Source: Acutalibacteraceae bacterium | Lineage (GTDB): Bacteria; Bacillota; Clostridia; Oscillospirales; Acutalibacteraceae | Length of the DNA stretch: 64,000 nt | Direction of reading: 5' to 3' | Assembly: GCA_045651865.1 (NCBI GenBank) | Contig: JAZRTC010000021.1 | Span: 2,065 to 66,064, forward strand | Shown here: piece by piece, positions 9,044 to 18,064 of the stretch | Layout of the letters: every line of letters starts with the position of its first letter | Numbering within the stretch: the first letter of the stretch is position 1 | Program-made: the position numbers and the translations under genes | Notes under the pieces: generated by a model | Database searches by the model: none | Seen by the model: only the letters and a program-made list of their open reading frames with translations | Told to the model about the DNA's origin: nothing

Positions 9044-9844
9044 ATGAAGATCGGATTTCTGGGTGCGGGCAATATGGCATCCGCCATCATCCGCGGTATG
9101 GTCGCAAGCGGTATTGCCGCCTCGTCGATCGTGTGCTTTGATGTCGATCAGCAAAAGACCTTTGCTCTCAAGGAGGAGCTGGGAGTCGGTGTGTGCTACA
9201 CCGCGGAGCAGCTCTGCGAGGAAGCGCAGACGGTGGTGCTTGCAATCAAACCGCAGGTGTTTTCTGTGGCGCTCCCGCCGCTTCACACGCTGTTGCAGGT
9301 GCAAAAGCCGCTGGTGATCTCCATTGCGGCAGGCAAGACGCTGCAAAGCATCGCCGATCTGATCGGCGATGTGCCGATGGTGCGTGTGATGCCCAACATC
9401 GCCGCCCGCGTTGGCGAAGCTGTCACCGCGTATTGCTCCAATGCGCTGGTGACACAAAGTCATGTGGAAACGGTGTACGATATTTTTGAGTCGGTCGGCA
9501 CGGTCGTGCCGCTGGCGGAGGAACAGTTCGGCATCTTCTCGGTGCTGGCAGGTTGTTCTCCGGCATATACCTTATTATATATGGACGCACTGGCAACAGC
9601 AGGTGTGCGCGGCGGCATCCCCAAGGAAACCGCACTTCAGATTGTGACGCAGGCGGTACTCGGCACTGCAAAACTTCTGCAGGAAGCGGGCGAGCATCCG
9701 CGTGAGCTGATGGACAGCGTGTGTTCTCCTGCGGGCACGACCATTGAGGGTGTGTGCGCTTTGCAGAGCAACGGATTTGAAAAATCCGTGCAGGAAGCGG
9801 CGAAAGCCAGCCTGGAGCGCGATAAAAAATTACAAAATGCTTGA
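9044..9844 (+). CDS. proC: Pyrroline-5-carboxylate reductase
   Basis: ATG at 9044 after an AAAGGAG RBS. Starts MKIGFLGAGNMASAIIRGM (Rossmann GxGxxA) and carries the P5CR C-terminal signature (SPAGTTIEG). Confidence 0.9.
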   Translation: MKIGFLGAGNMASAIIRGMVASGIAASSIVCFDVDQQKTFALKEELGVGVCYTAEQLCEEAQTVVLAIKPQVFSVALPPLHTLLQVQKPLVISIAAGKTLQSIADLIGDVPMVRVMPNIAARVGEAVTAYCSNALVTQSHVETVYDIFESVGTVVPLAEEQFGIFSVLAGCSPAYTLLYMDALATAGVRGGIPKETALQIVTQAVLGTAKLLQEAGEHPRELMDSVCSPAGTTIEGVCALQSNGFEKSVQEAAKASLERDKKLQNA

Positions 9845-9869
9845 CAGCCGCACAAAAAAATGGGATAAT
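9841..9869 (+). promoter_or_regulatory. Sigma-70-type promoter for rsmD-coaD
   Basis: TTGACA, 17-nt spacer, then TGgGATAAT (extended -10). It overlaps the proC stop. Confidence 0.5.
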
Positions 9870-9889
9870 AGCGAAAGGTGTGAGTGTGT

Positions 9890-10459
9890 ATGATGCGCAT
9901 TATCACGGGAAAGGCTCGCGGCTACCGCCTGCAGACGCTTCCCGGAGAGGACACGACCCGTCCCACTACCGAACGCGTGAAGGAATCGATCTTCAGCGCG
10001 CTGCAGTTTGAGATTGAGGGCCGCACGGTGCTGGATCTGTTTGCAGGCTCGGGACAGATGGGACTTGAGGCGCTCAGTCGCGGCGCGGCATTCGCCGTGT
10101 TTGTCGACAGCAGTAAGGACGCCTGCGAGGTCGTGAAGCAAAATGCCCGCGGCGCAAAGCTCGACGGCAATATGCGCATCGCGAACACAGACGCCCACGC
10201 GTTTTGTCAACGCACCTCCGAACGCTTTGATCTGGCGTTCCTTGACCCGCCTTATCGTGCGGGATTGCTCCCCTTACTGTTGCCGCAGGTCGCGGCTCTG
10301 ATGAAAGAGGGCGGCGCTGTGGTGTGTGAGACCGATGCCGACACGACCCTTCCCGAGCGGATCGACGGCAAGGGTTTGTTGCTTGTGCTGGAAAAGGACA
10401 AGCGCTACGGCAAGACGCAAGTATGGATCTATCGGTGTAAAAAGGAAGCGATAGAATGA
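9890..10459 (+). CDS. rsmD: 16S rRNA (guanine966-N2)-methyltransferase RsmD
   Basis: RIITGKARGYRLQTLPGEDTRPTTERVKESIF, the SAM motif LDLFAGSGQMGLEALSRGA, and DPPY. Confidence 0.85.
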   Translation: MMRIITGKARGYRLQTLPGEDTTRPTTERVKESIFSALQFEIEGRTVLDLFAGSGQMGLEALSRGAAFAVFVDSSKDACEVVKQNARGAKLDGNMRIANTDAHAFCQRTSERFDLAFLDPPYRAGLLPLLLPQVAALMKEGGAVVCETDADTTLPERIDGKGLLLVLEKDKRYGKTQVWIYRCKKEAIE

Positions 10460-10941
10460 AAACGGTGGTTTGCCCCGGCAGCTTTGATCCCGTGACCAAC
10501 GGTCATCTGGATATTATTGAGCGCGCCGCGGCTTTGTTTGACAAGGTGATCGTTGTCGTGATGGTCAATGCGGCAAAGACGCCCTTGTTTACCACGGAAC
10601 AGCGGGTGGATATGCTCCGCCGTTCCACAGCGCATCTTGATAATGTGGTCGTGGACAGTCACGACGGCCTGCTTGCGGCGTATGCCCGTTCGCAGGGTGC
10701 GACCGTAATCGTGAAGGGCCTGCGGGCTTTGTCCGATTTCGAGTATGAGTTTCAGATGGCGCTGACCAACCGACAGCTCAACGAAGAGCTGGAAACGGTG
10801 TTTCTCACGGCGACCGATGACAAGATGTATCTGTCATCGAGTCTTGTCAAGCAGGTGGCGGCTTACGGCGAGGATGTTTCCAAGTTTGTGCCTGCTTGTA
10901 TTCTTCAGGATATTACTGAGAAATTTGGAAAGGACGGTTAA
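10456..10941 (+). CDS. coaD: Phosphopantetheine adenylyltransferase
   Basis: CPGSFDPVTNGHLDII (HxGH-type) and conserved KGLRALSDFEYE. It overlaps the rsmD stop by 4 nt. Confidence 0.9.
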   Translation: MKTVVCPGSFDPVTNGHLDIIERAAALFDKVIVVVMVNAAKTPLFTTEQRVDMLRRSTAHLDNVVVDSHDGLLAAYARSQGATVIVKGLRALSDFEYEFQMALTNRQLNEELETVFLTATDDKMYLSSSLVKQVAAYGEDVSKFVPACILQDITEKFGKDG

Positions 10942-10945
10942 AACT

Positions 10946-11428
10946 ATGAGCGTAGAAGAATTGTTGGGTCAGATCGACGATATGGTCGATAAGGCATGGG
11001 ATGTGCCGCTGTCGGGCGGTAAATGTATGATTGAGGCAGATCGCCTGCGTGATATCATTGACGATATCCGTGCGAATCTGCCCGCTGAGATCCGTCAGGC
11101 GCAGACGGTCGTTGCTGACCGTGCTGAGATCGTGGCAGGCGCAAAGCGCGAAGCCGAGGCGATCGTGCGCAAAGCGGAGGAGCGTGCACAGGCGATGATC
11201 ACCCAGGAGGAGATCTTCCGTCAGGCACAGCAGCGCGCTGAGGAAATGCTCACCCGTGCACAGCAGAAGTCCCGCGAGATGTGCAAAGGTGCCAGCGACT
11301 TTGCGGACGATGTGATGCGTCGTTCCGAGGAAGCGCTTGTCGGCCGTCTGTCGGAGATCCGTCAGGCTCGTCAGATGCTTCGCACCAATGCGCCTAAGAA
11401 GGCCGCTGTCGAGACCGAAGAGAACTAA
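10946..11428 (+). CDS. Coiled-coil protein, unknown function
   Basis: ATG at 10946. 160 aa, rich in A/E/R/Q heptads ([35 protein letters not shown]). Confidence 0.6.
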   Translation: MSVEELLGQIDDMVDKAWDVPLSGGKCMIEADRLRDIIDDIRANLPAEIRQAQTVVADRAEIVAGAKREAEAIVRKAEERAQAMITQEEIFRQAQQRAEEMLTRAQQKSREMCKGASDFADDVMRRSEEALVGRLSEIRQARQMLRTNAPKKAAVETEEN

Positions 11429-11441
11429 AAAACCGAAAAAG

Positions 11442-11510
11442 ATTGCACAACGCGACCCTGCCTCCTCTGACAAAGGGGAGGCAAGGGAGATTGTGCATTT
11501 TTTATTTTGG
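11442..11510 (+). terminator. Long hairpin terminator
   Basis: Outer arms TGCACAA/TTGTGCA and inner arms TGCCTCCTCT/AGGGGAGGCA (one mismatch), then TTTTTTATTTT. Confidence 0.6.
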
Positions 11511-11522
11511 AGGGATTATCGT

Positions 11523-12674
11523 ATGACCGAGTTTGTAACCGCGATCCTTGTAGCGGCGGGCAGCTCCACACGGATGGGACGACCGAAACTGCTCATTCCG
11601 CTATGCGGCAAGCCTGTGCTGGAGCATACACTTGCGGCGTTTGACCGATCCTCGGTCAATGCCATTGTGGTTGTGACGCGTGAGCAGGACATCCCGCTGT
11701 TTGAGCCACTCGGTAAAACGCTCTCCAAACCGTGCGTATTTGTCACGGGCGGTGATACGCGCCAGCAGTCGGTTGCAAACGGCATTGCTGTTGTCCCGCC
11801 TGAAACCACGGTGGTGGCGATTGCGGACGGTGCGCGTCCGTTGATCACCCCTGCGGAAATTGATCGCGTAATCGATACCGCACGGGATGGCGGTGCTGCA
11901 ACCGCCGCCGTGCGCGCCAAGGACACCATCAAACAGGCGGATGAAAACGGCATCATCACGGCAACACCCGACCGCGCGACGCTGTGGCAGGTGCAGACAC
12001 CGCAGGTGTTTTCGCTGGCGCTGTATAAAGAGGCGATGGCGGCAGTTGCCGCGGCGGGACTTGATCTGACGGATGACTGTCAGTTGGTGGAATATATCGG
12101 CGCAAAGGTGAAACTTTGCGAGACCTCGTATGAGAATATTAAAATCACAACACCCGAGGATATCGCCGTGGCAACGGCGTTTTTGCGAAAGAGAGGAGTG
12201 GGCGGTATGCGCATCGGACATGGGTATGATGTTCACCGGCTGGTGGAAGGTCGCGCGTGCATCATCGGCGGTGTGAACATCCCGTTTGAGCTGGGGCTTC
12301 TCGGTCATTCGGATGCAGATGTGCTGACTCACGCGATTATGGATGCACTTCTCGGTGCGGCGGCGATGGGCGATATCGGCAAGCTGTTCCCCGACACGGA
12401 TGACCGTTTCAAGGGTGCGGACAGCATTGCGCTTCTCCGTGAAGTGATTGCCCGTATCAAGGAAGTCGGTTACACCGTCGGCAATATTGATGCGACGGTG
12501 CTCGCGCAAAAGCCGAAGCTTCGTCCGCATATCGACACGATGCGGCAGGTGATTGCCGACGCATGCGAGATCGACATCGCGCGCGTCAATCTGAAAGCTA
12601 CGACCGAGGAAGGTCTCGGCTTCACAGGTGCTATGGAAGGTATCGCCGCCCACGCTGTGTGTGTGCTGGAGTGA
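11523..12674 (+). CDS. ispDF: Bifunctional IspD/IspF (MEP cytidylyltransferase / MEcPP synthase)
   Basis: The N-terminus [12 protein letters not shown] is IspD-type. The C-terminal half, [11 protein letters not shown]...[19 protein letters not shown], is IspF-type. Confidence 0.9.
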   Translation: MTEFVTAILVAAGSSTRMGRPKLLIPLCGKPVLEHTLAAFDRSSVNAIVVVTREQDIPLFEPLGKTLSKPCVFVTGGDTRQQSVANGIAVVPPETTVVAIADGARPLITPAEIDRVIDTARDGGAATAAVRAKDTIKQADENGIITATPDRATLWQVQTPQVFSLALYKEAMAAVAAAGLDLTDDCQLVEYIGAKVKLCETSYENIKITTPEDIAVATAFLRKRGVGGMRIGHGYDVHRLVEGRACIIGGVNIPFELGLLGHSDADVLTHAIMDALLGAAAMGDIGKLFPDTDDRFKGADSIALLREVIARIKEVGYTVGNIDATVLAQKPKLRPHIDTMRQVIADACEIDIARVNLKATTEEGLGFTGAMEGIAAHAVCVLE

Positions 12675-12715
12675 TTTGGTAGAATTGCAAAAAATAATGA
12701 GTTGAGGAAGAAACT

Positions 12716-13783
12716 ATGTTGAGCTACAAAATAATGGATCTCTTCGCGGGAGTGGGCGGACTTAGCTATGGCTTTGCGGAACTACCGGAATTTGAGATCG
12801 TTGCTGCAAATGAAATAGAGGGAGAGATTGCAAAGGCGTATATGCTCAACCATCCAAGTGTAACGATGTTGAACAGTGATATTCAGAATTTGACAGAAGA
12901 AATTCTTCGGGAGGCGTTGAAGGGGGAGAAAATTGACATCGTTGTCGGAGGTCCTCCTTGTCAGTCCTACTCTACTTTGGGAAAGCGGAGGATGGATGAC
13001 CGTGCGAATCTTTTTATGGAATATAAGCGTGTATTAAATATTTTGAAGCCTCGCGCGTTCGTGTTTGAAAATGTGGTTGGTATTTTAAGTATGGACAAAG
13101 GACGCTTGTTTGCACAGGTTCAAAAAGAGTTTGAAGAGCTTGGATATACGCTGAAGTACAAGGTGTTGAATGCTGTCGAATATGGTGTGCCGCAGCAGAG
13201 AGAACGCGTAATTTTGGTTGGATTTAAAGGGGAGAACACCTTTGAATATCCTGCACCAACACACGGTGAAGGTTTGAAACCGTTCGTCACCCTCCGACAG
13301 GCGATTGGTGATTTGCCGATTTTGAAGAGCGGTCAGGCGAGTGATCGGTATGCTTATGAACCCGACAATGATTTTTTGCGGTTTGTTAGAAAATCTAATG
13401 GCGAGTTGACGGAGCATTGTGCTCCGAAGAATGGCGAGCATCTTATTACCATTATGGAAACTCTAAAGGACGGCCAGTCTAAGGACGATCTTCCTGAGGA
13501 TATTCGTCCAAAGAGTGGGTACGGTAATACATATGCGAAACTTTGGTGGGATCGCCCATCCACCACGATTACGCGAAATTTTGCCTGCCCGTCTTCCTCG
13601 CGGTGTATTCACCCGAGAGATTCCAGAGCGATGACTATTCGCGAAGGTGCAAGATTGCAAAGCTTTCCCGATGATTACCGGTTTTATGGATCAGATGGAA
13701 TGAAGCGACTGGAGATTGGAAACGCTGTTCCACCGTTGTTATCGATGGCAATCGCCAAACAAATGGCAAAAGCACTAAAGTAA
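12716..13783 (+). CDS. DNA (cytosine-5)-methyltransferase
   Basis: C5-MTase motifs in order: I DLFAGVGG, IV GGPPCQSYS, VI ENV, VIII QQRERV, X GNAVPP. Confidence 0.9.
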   Translation: MLSYKIMDLFAGVGGLSYGFAELPEFEIVAANEIEGEIAKAYMLNHPSVTMLNSDIQNLTEEILREALKGEKIDIVVGGPPCQSYSTLGKRRMDDRANLFMEYKRVLNILKPRAFVFENVVGILSMDKGRLFAQVQKEFEELGYTLKYKVLNAVEYGVPQQRERVILVGFKGENTFEYPAPTHGEGLKPFVTLRQAIGDLPILKSGQASDRYAYEPDNDFLRFVRKSNGELTEHCAPKNGEHLITIMETLKDGQSKDDLPEDIRPKSGYGNTYAKLWWDRPSTTITRNFACPSSSRCIHPRDSRAMTIREGARLQSFPDDYRFYGSDGMKRLEIGNAVPPLLSMAIAKQMAKALK

Positions 13784-13789
13784 ATAAAT

Positions 13790-13817
13790 AAAGCCGCCCG
13801 TTGTGACGGGCGGCTTT
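13790..13817. terminator. Bidirectional terminator between the convergent M and R genes
   Basis: Stem AAAGCCGCCCG / CGGGCGGCTTT. Confidence 0.75.
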
Positions 13818-13891
13818 GCTATTAGAATAGGATATCCAAATAATCGGGCGTTTTGATTGTAAAAACCTAACGGTTATCATAAGTTCTGCTG

Positions 13892-14755
13892 TTAGATAAC
13901 GAGAGTACACCGCTGTTGTTTGAGCAACTCACACAATTTATCATAACTGTGATGAAATTGCAGTTGGCCTTGGTGCCATTGAACGAAACCGAACGGAAGT
14001 CGTATCGTAGTTCCGCCATATGAAGAACCGTAATAGGTTTCTTTGTGCGCAACAGTTTGTGCTGCTTTGCAAACATCCTCAATATAGAAAAGATCATCTA
14101 TGTCATTTTCTCCGAGAAGATTAATATACCAAACATAATCGGACCATTCGCTGCTGTCGCGCACAGCACCCATTGAAAAAGATAGTTTCGCCAGTTGATA
14201 GGCATTGTCGACAAACCACTGTAGCAGCTCTTTGTAAAGATGCTCGTTATATGCCTTAAGTGTAGTGGCATTTAAGCTTTTGTGTCGGATTTGCAAAGTG
14301 TAATTTCTAGTGTTGCTGCGATCACCGTATTTTTCAATAATGTCAACAGCATCCTCGGCGGCAGCCCAAAACAATCGGATTGCTCGTTGTACAGTGGGTG
14401 GGATCGGAGTGCCGAACTGTTTTTCAAATGTATCAATAAACAGACCGGCTCGAACGAAGTAAACTTGTCCGCCAAGACTTTTCTTGATGGATACATTGAT
14501 CACATCACCTGTATTGAGATACACCTTCAAATCTGTTTTGGATTTTGTTTTTCGTCCGTTTACGCTGGGGACATTTTTTTCGTGCAAACCACCAATACTG
14601 GTTTTGGTGATTTTAGAAGAAGCAGCATTGATTTTTGACAGAAAACGAGACTGAACATGTGCATCCGTATCAAGACAATGTTTTACCAAATCCTCATTTT
14701 CGTGTCCGGAAAGCTTAGCGTGTTGCCAGCCGGTGGCTCTATCTCTTTGTTGCAT
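13892..14755 (-). CDS. Putative type II restriction endonuclease
   Basis: Start at M12 with a GGAGGA RBS, lying 17 nt inside the 3' end of the C gene. Position in a C-R operon convergent with a C5-MTase supports the call. A possible PD-(D/E)xK-like segment is present (KTDLKVYL...NVSIKKS). Confidence 0.55.
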   Translation of the reverse strand: MQQRDRATGWQHAKLSGHENEDLVKHCLDTDAHVQSRFLSKINAASSKITKTSIGGLHEKNVPSVNGRKTKSKTDLKVYLNTGDVINVSIKKSLGGQVYFVRAGLFIDTFEKQFGTPIPPTVQRAIRLFWAAAEDAVDIIEKYGDRSNTRNYTLQIRHKSLNATTLKAYNEHLYKELLQWFVDNAYQLAKLSFSMGAVRDSSEWSDYVWYINLLGENDIDDLFYIEDVCKAAQTVAHKETYYGSSYGGTTIRLPFGFVQWHQGQLQFHHSYDKLCELLKQQRCTLVI

Positions 14756-14969
14756 AATGTAGATCCTCCAAAAACAGTTTATACACATCGATTTCTAATG
14801 CGTCTGCAATTCTCTGAATGTTTTCGAGAGAAATGCTTCTACGGTGACATTCCACAGCGCTGATATAAGTGCGGTGCAATCCACATTTTTCAGCAAAAGC
14901 CTCTTGAGAAAGTCCAAGTTGAACACGATATTTTTTTAGATTTGTGCCAAACACTTTTACAATATCCAT
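14739..14969 (-). CDS. Controller (C) protein, XRE-family HTH
   Basis: 76-aa HTH (LKKYRVQLGLSQEAFAEKCGLHRTYISAVECHRRSISLENIQRIADAL) overlapping the start of the R gene. GGAGGG RBS. Confidence 0.8.
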   Translation of the reverse strand: MDIVKVFGTNLKKYRVQLGLSQEAFAEKCGLHRTYISAVECHRRSISLENIQRIADALEIDVYKLFLEDLHYATKR

Positions 14970-14985
14970 ACCGTTCCCTCCAATA

Positions 14986-15025
14986 ACAATTTTATTGTAT
15001 TGAACACAATAAATCTACATACAAT
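14986..15025 (-). promoter_or_regulatory. Candidate C-box operator
   Basis: ACAAT(14986)-ttt-ATTGT(14994)-attgaac-ACAAT(15006), with a further ACAAT at 15021. It lies 17-56 nt upstream of the C start. Confidence 0.45.
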
Positions 15026-15103
15026 AAGTATCATAACCAATCCCGAACATGTAAAAATTGCGTGCCTTGAAAACAATGCACAAATTATATTTTCAAATAC
15101 AAC

Positions 15104-15140
15104 ACCCCGCTATTGTGAATACAATAGCGGGGTTCGTTTT
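15104..15140. terminator. Hairpin terminator downstream of the carboxypeptidase gene
   Basis: Stem ACCCCGCTATTGT / ACAATAGCGGGGT. Confidence 0.6.
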
Positions 15141-15146
15141 ATTCAT

Positions 15147-16532
15147 TTAAATATTCTCCACATCAAAGGGGTTGCGGTTTGCTTGTTCCATACGGCGGCG
15201 GCGCGCTTCCTCGCGACGCTTACGGCGGCGACGGTTGCGGGCACGGCACCAGAAACAATACGCGATAAACAGGGCGAACAGCAACACAAGGATGCCGATG
15301 AGCCACAGGATAACTTTCACAACCGTGAGTGAGAAGAAATTGTGAAGCGCGGCTTTGACGACTTTCCAGTTGTCTTTTTCAATATCCTGCGATGCGACCA
15401 CATCCACAGTACCAAGCTCTTTGCCGTCCAGATGGATTGTGGCAGTACCGAGCTTTTGCCCCTTCACGATGGGCGCTTCCACGATCTCGGCATCAAAGGT
15501 CACCTGCACCTGCGCCTGATCGGTGGTGTAGGATTTTTCAACAATACTCTCAAGTGTGCCGTTCAGGTTGACAGCGACCTGCTCGGTGTCCTTACCGAAC
15601 TGTACCGCCTGATAGCCGACCGTGCTTGTCGTATCGTTGACGGCGCGGTATTCCAGCGTGTTGAATGCCCACTCGTACAGCCCTTTGGATACACCGAATT
15701 CCTCGCGGACATAGTAGCCGTCTGCATCCTCAACGGGACATTTGAGCAGTACGCAAAGGTAGGTGGTGCCGTCTTTTTCGGCAGTGGATACCAGGCAACG
15801 GCCCGCAGGGTCGGTGTAGCCGGTTTTCACACCCTTGGCGTATTCGTAATAATAATCGACCTCGTCGGGATCCTGCAGATACACGGTCGTTTCCACGACC
15901 TGTTCCCAGTGCACATTGGTTTCGGGGGTTTCATAATACAGCGAAGTCACGATGTCGCGAAACATTGTCTTTTCCATCGCGTGCTTGGTCAGCACATACA
16001 GGTCGCGGGCAGTCGTGTAATGGTCACTGTCGTGCAGACCGTGTGCATTGACATAATGCGTGTTCGTCAGACCCAGTGCGGCGGCTTTCTGGTTCATCTT
16101 TTCAATGAACGCGTCCAGATCGTTACCGCCGAAATGGTAGGCAAGCACATTGGCAGCGTCGTTTGCCGACTGAATCATCATCAGCGCCAGAAGGTCATAC
16201 GCCGTCATCACTTCGCCGATTTCCAGACCGAAGATGGAGGAGTCTGTACCGTAGAGCGGGTCAAGTGCCTCAAAGCTCGCTTCGATCGACACGGAGGCGG
16301 GGTCGGCACATTCATCCATTACGACGACCGCCGTCATGATTTTGGTCAGCGACGCGGGATACATTCTCGCATCGGCGTTTTTCTCAAACACCACGGTGTC
16401 GCGGCCAAGATCGGCGAGTAACGCCGCCTCTGCCGAAACCGGTACATTCGTCGGGGTGAATGCCGATACGGAAAGCACACTGCTGATGAGCAACGCCAGT
16501 ATCAGCACAAGGGAGATAGCTGTCTTTTTCAT
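15147..16532 (-). CDS. D-alanyl-D-alanine carboxypeptidase (PBP5/DacB type) with C-terminal TM
   Basis: Signal peptide, the SxxK motif (ASLTKIMT), an SxN-like segment (SANDAA), a KTG motif (KTGYT), and a C-terminal TM plus Arg-rich tail. Confidence 0.85.
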   Translation of the reverse strand: MKKTAISLVLILALLISSVLSVSAFTPTNVPVSAEAALLADLGRDTVVFEKNADARMYPASLTKIMTAVVVMDECADPASVSIEASFEALDPLYGTDSSIFGLEIGEVMTAYDLLALMMIQSANDAANVLAYHFGGNDLDAFIEKMNQKAAALGLTNTHYVNAHGLHDSDHYTTARDLYVLTKHAMEKTMFRDIVTSLYYETPETNVHWEQVVETTVYLQDPDEVDYYYEYAKGVKTGYTDPAGRCLVSTAEKDGTTYLCVLLKCPVEDADGYYVREEFGVSKGLYEWAFNTLEYRAVNDTTSTVGYQAVQFGKDTEQVAVNLNGTLESIVEKSYTTDQAQVQVTFDAEIVEAPIVKGQKLGTATIHLDGKELGTVDVVASQDIEKDNWKVVKAALHNFFSLTVVKVILWLIGILVLLFALFIAYCFWCRARNRRRRKRREEARRRRMEQANRNPFDVENI

Positions 16533-16555
16533 AAATCAAGGTCTCCTGTCAGTTT

Positions 16556-17842
16556 TTACAGCATTGCGTCAAGGCAGATGCCGCCGTAGGGACGGATGCT
16601 CAGCACATGGCAATGACCCTTGCCGAACACGGTTTCCATCGTAGCGATGAAATCGTCGAGCTTGTCAGCGGGAACGAAGTTCTGCGTGGTGCCGCCAAAG
16701 CCGCCGCCGTGTACACGCCACGCACCGCAACCGTCCAGCAGATGCTGGGCAAGCGACAGCGCGACCGACATGCTTTGCTCTTTTACATCGCACACCGCGT
16801 ACACATTCTGCAGGTATTCGTAGGACGAGTGACCCGACTCAATGATCAGTTGCTTAAACTCTTCAAAATCGCCGGCTTTGAGTGCCGCGACCTGCGCCGT
16901 CACACGGTCGTTTTCCTTGATGAAGTGGAATGCACGAAGCACCGCGCGATCGCCGTGCTTTTTACGCAGGGTGGGCATGGCGGCGATCAATTGCTCCATA
17001 TACGCACCGCGCAGGACGGGACGACCGAGGTCAGCCGCCATCGCCTTCATCTCGGCAGGCACGGCGGCGTATTCGTGCGTCAGATCGGCGTGGTCGCCGC
17101 CGACATCGACGATGCACAGCTTGTAGCCGCATGCCGCAAAATCAAACGGCACTGCCTCGATGACGGGGTTGTCGGTGTCGGCAAAATCAATGGTGACGAT
17201 GCCGCCGACCGAGCTTGCCATCTGATCCATCAGACCGCTGGGCTTGCCGAAGAATTGGTTTTCGGCAAATTGCGCGATCTGCGCGATCTCCACAGCGGAC
17301 ACCGCCGCGTCGGCGTACAGGTGATTGAGAATTGTGCCGATGAGCACCTCGAACGCCGCCGAGGAGGACAGACCCGAGCCTTTGAGCACATTGGAGGTGG
17401 TGTAGGCGTCAAAACCGCCGATACCGTAGCCGCGCTGTGCAAAGCGGGCGACCGTACCGCGGATGAGAGAGGCAGATTTGTTGATTTCACCCTCGCGCGC
17501 GTCAAGCTCTGTGATGTTGATGACATCCATCGGATAACCCGCCGATTTCACCTGCACGGTGGTATCGTCACGCGGAGCAACAACGGCGATAACATCCAGA
17601 TTGACACTGCCTGCGAGCACGCGGCCGTGGTTGTGGTCGGTGTGGTTGCCGCCGATCTCGGTGCGACCGGGTGCGGAGAACAGGCGCAGTCCCTCACGGT
17701 CGCCGAAGGTTTCGACAAAGCCGTCGATCGCCTCGGCATAGCGGGCTTTCTGCGCATCAAGCTGTTCCTCACCGTACAGGGTAACGAGCAGACGGTCATA
17801 AGTGCCGTTTGCCACAGCAGTTTTCAAAGCGGTTGCGTTCAT
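16556..17842 (-). CDS. galK: Galactokinase
   Basis: Galactokinase signature GRTEIGGNHTDHNHGRVL and the GHMP motif GSGLSSSAA. Confidence 0.9.
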   Translation of the reverse strand: MNATALKTAVANGTYDRLLVTLYGEEQLDAQKARYAEAIDGFVETFGDREGLRLFSAPGRTEIGGNHTDHNHGRVLAGSVNLDVIAVVAPRDDTTVQVKSAGYPMDVINITELDAREGEINKSASLIRGTVARFAQRGYGIGGFDAYTTSNVLKGSGLSSSAAFEVLIGTILNHLYADAAVSAVEIAQIAQFAENQFFGKPSGLMDQMASSVGGIVTIDFADTDNPVIEAVPFDFAACGYKLCIVDVGGDHADLTHEYAAVPAEMKAMAADLGRPVLRGAYMEQLIAAMPTLRKKHGDRAVLRAFHFIKENDRVTAQVAALKAGDFEEFKQLIIESGHSSYEYLQNVYAVCDVKEQSMSVALSLAQHLLDGCGAWRVHGGGFGGTTQNFVPADKLDDFIATMETVFGKGHCHVLSIRPYGGICLDAML

Positions 17843-18064
17843 AAAAAAGTGCCACCTTTCAAGTGCGGGATCGCCGCACGAATTTTGTCTATATCTTACA
17901 TATTATACTATATATATCCGTGCAATGGCAAGAGGAAAATCCGCCTTTTGTGAAATTACACAAAATTGGTGTTTGCTCTTGCAAAATCGGAGTTGGCATA
18001 GTATACTAATATCGTATAACTATACTTATGCTCAAAAGGTATGTGTACAAGGGAGGAAATAAAC

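Noticed and set aside
11601-12653. 350-aa minus-strand ORF. Similar long shadow ORFs occur at 10913-11473, 15342-16421 and 16607-17953.
   Set aside because: Each lies antisense to a confidently identified gene (ispDF, the coiled-coil gene, the carboxypeptidase, galK). This is a known artefact of high-GC codon bias.
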